Positions 62,772-64,000 of a stretch of 64,000 bases of DNA are shown piece by piece. This stretch comes from Stylophora pistillata. Lineage: Eukaryota. The stretch is taken from positions 131,068 to 195,067 of the forward strand of contig NW_019218042.1 in NCBI RefSeq assembly GCF_002571385.2. The letters are read 5' to 3'. The position numbers and the translations under genes were made by a program. The notes below the pieces were generated by a model. The model was given only the letters and a program-made list of their open reading frames with translations. It was not told the origin of the DNA and searched no databases. Position 1 is the stretch's first letter; each line of letters starts with the position of its first letter.

Positions 62772-63704
62772 GTACGGTACATGTCTGACTCGGCGTTACG
62801 CTATTACGTAACCGAAAGATGCACGTGGGTTTAATCCACTGTTGGTCACTAATTTATAAATACCAGTTTCGACTTCCGCTCAGTTTGACAAAACGTCTTG
62901 TCACTGTCACCAGCAATGTTCCTCTTCATGACACTGATATTTATTGTTATCCTGGCTTAGGCTTGCATCAAACGTTTACCATGTAATGAGTAAAATAACG
63001 ATATTAACTATAATCATTAGTAATGAAGATAGTAAAAATGATAGTGACATTATATACTGTAGTAATAACTGTGACGATAATATTAATGGAATTGTAATGA
63101 TGATAACGACTTGAATTAAACTTTTAGACCAACTGGCAGATCTGCAAAGTCAAATGCATGGATGTTGAAAACATTTTATCCCATAGAAAACAAAACAAAT
63201 ATTTGAATCAAAGAGAAGATAAAAATTTTAAGACAAATTATAATTTAAAAAAATTCTGCTTGGTTTCTTAGTATTATGATACATGTAGTATTTATCTAAT
63301 AGTATGTACTTATTTCTAGTAGTTAGTTTTATATCCTTTATTCATTTAGTAAAGGTAGAGTCAGTTTTTTGTCAATGTAGGTGTATGATTGAAGTGGAAC
63401 AACCATCATTATCCCTTATCCAAGAAGACTAGAATATCTACCATTTCTTGATTTTAGAAAGGTAGCAAATTCTCCTCACTTATTTTAAGACCATGAGTAT
63501 TGGTCTTATTCTCATTCCCATTGAGAAATTCATCAGTCAAGAGTGCAAATTTATTCAAGCTCTTGATCTTCCTTCATTACTCCTACTTAATGCCAGAAAC
63601 TCTGATCACACTCAAGACTGTCATGTTTATTTGGACAGTTATTATTTTGTGCTACTGTTATATGTTGCAAGCATTATGTATGCTGACTTGTCACAAACTG
63701 CTTC

Positions 63705-64000
63705 TCTCTCTACATCCCTGTTCCCGCCTTATGAGAAATGCATATGAAATAGAGAAGTTGGGGGATAAATAACTCATAAAAATACTCAGCGATACAGCAC
63801 ACTAAAACAAATATATGTACATTTAGTTAATATGTAATATTTTTTTAAGATCTCTCTCCCTCTTCCCACCTATCTCCCTGTTCTCGCCTTATGAGAAATG
63901 CATATGAAATAAAGAAGTTGGGGGATAAATAACTCATAAAAATACTCAGCGATACAACACACTAAAACAAATATATGTACATTTAGTTAATATGTAGTAT
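63705..64000. repeat. Tandem repeat, ~160-bp unit, running off the window end
   Basis: CCCTGTTC(C/T)CGCCTTATGAGAAATGCATATGAAATA...ATTTAGTTAATATGTA at 63716 and 63876. Confidence 0.9.

Overview
AT-rich, intron-rich animal genomic DNA from a draft assembly (N gaps at 1352-1361, 14064, 20566, 47613). Repeat content and gene style suggest a cnidarian, probably a stony coral (inference). Seven housekeeping genes can be spliced by eye: the 3' half of ANAPC1 (+), an intronless POLE2 (+), an evectin/PLEKHB-like PH-domain gene (+), THUMPD3 (-), EEF1G (-), cyclin K/CCNK (+) and CCDC85 (-). There is also a possible first exon of an eighth gene near the end. Introns are packed with non-autonomous DNA transposons, tRNA-derived SINE heads and Penelope-type inverted repeats carrying minimal hammerhead-ribozyme motifs. 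The most notable points are a U12-type intron in CCNK with a second tandem U11-type site, a 180-bp EEF1G/CCNK bidirectional promoter, and a CCNK-CCDC85 tail-to-tail pair as in human. Also notable are a 1.06-kb foldback with a 7-bp TSD and an in-frame-deleted piggyBac inside EEF1G intron 2. I see no convincing wholly new biological system. Exon coordinates were read manually and may be off by a few bases.
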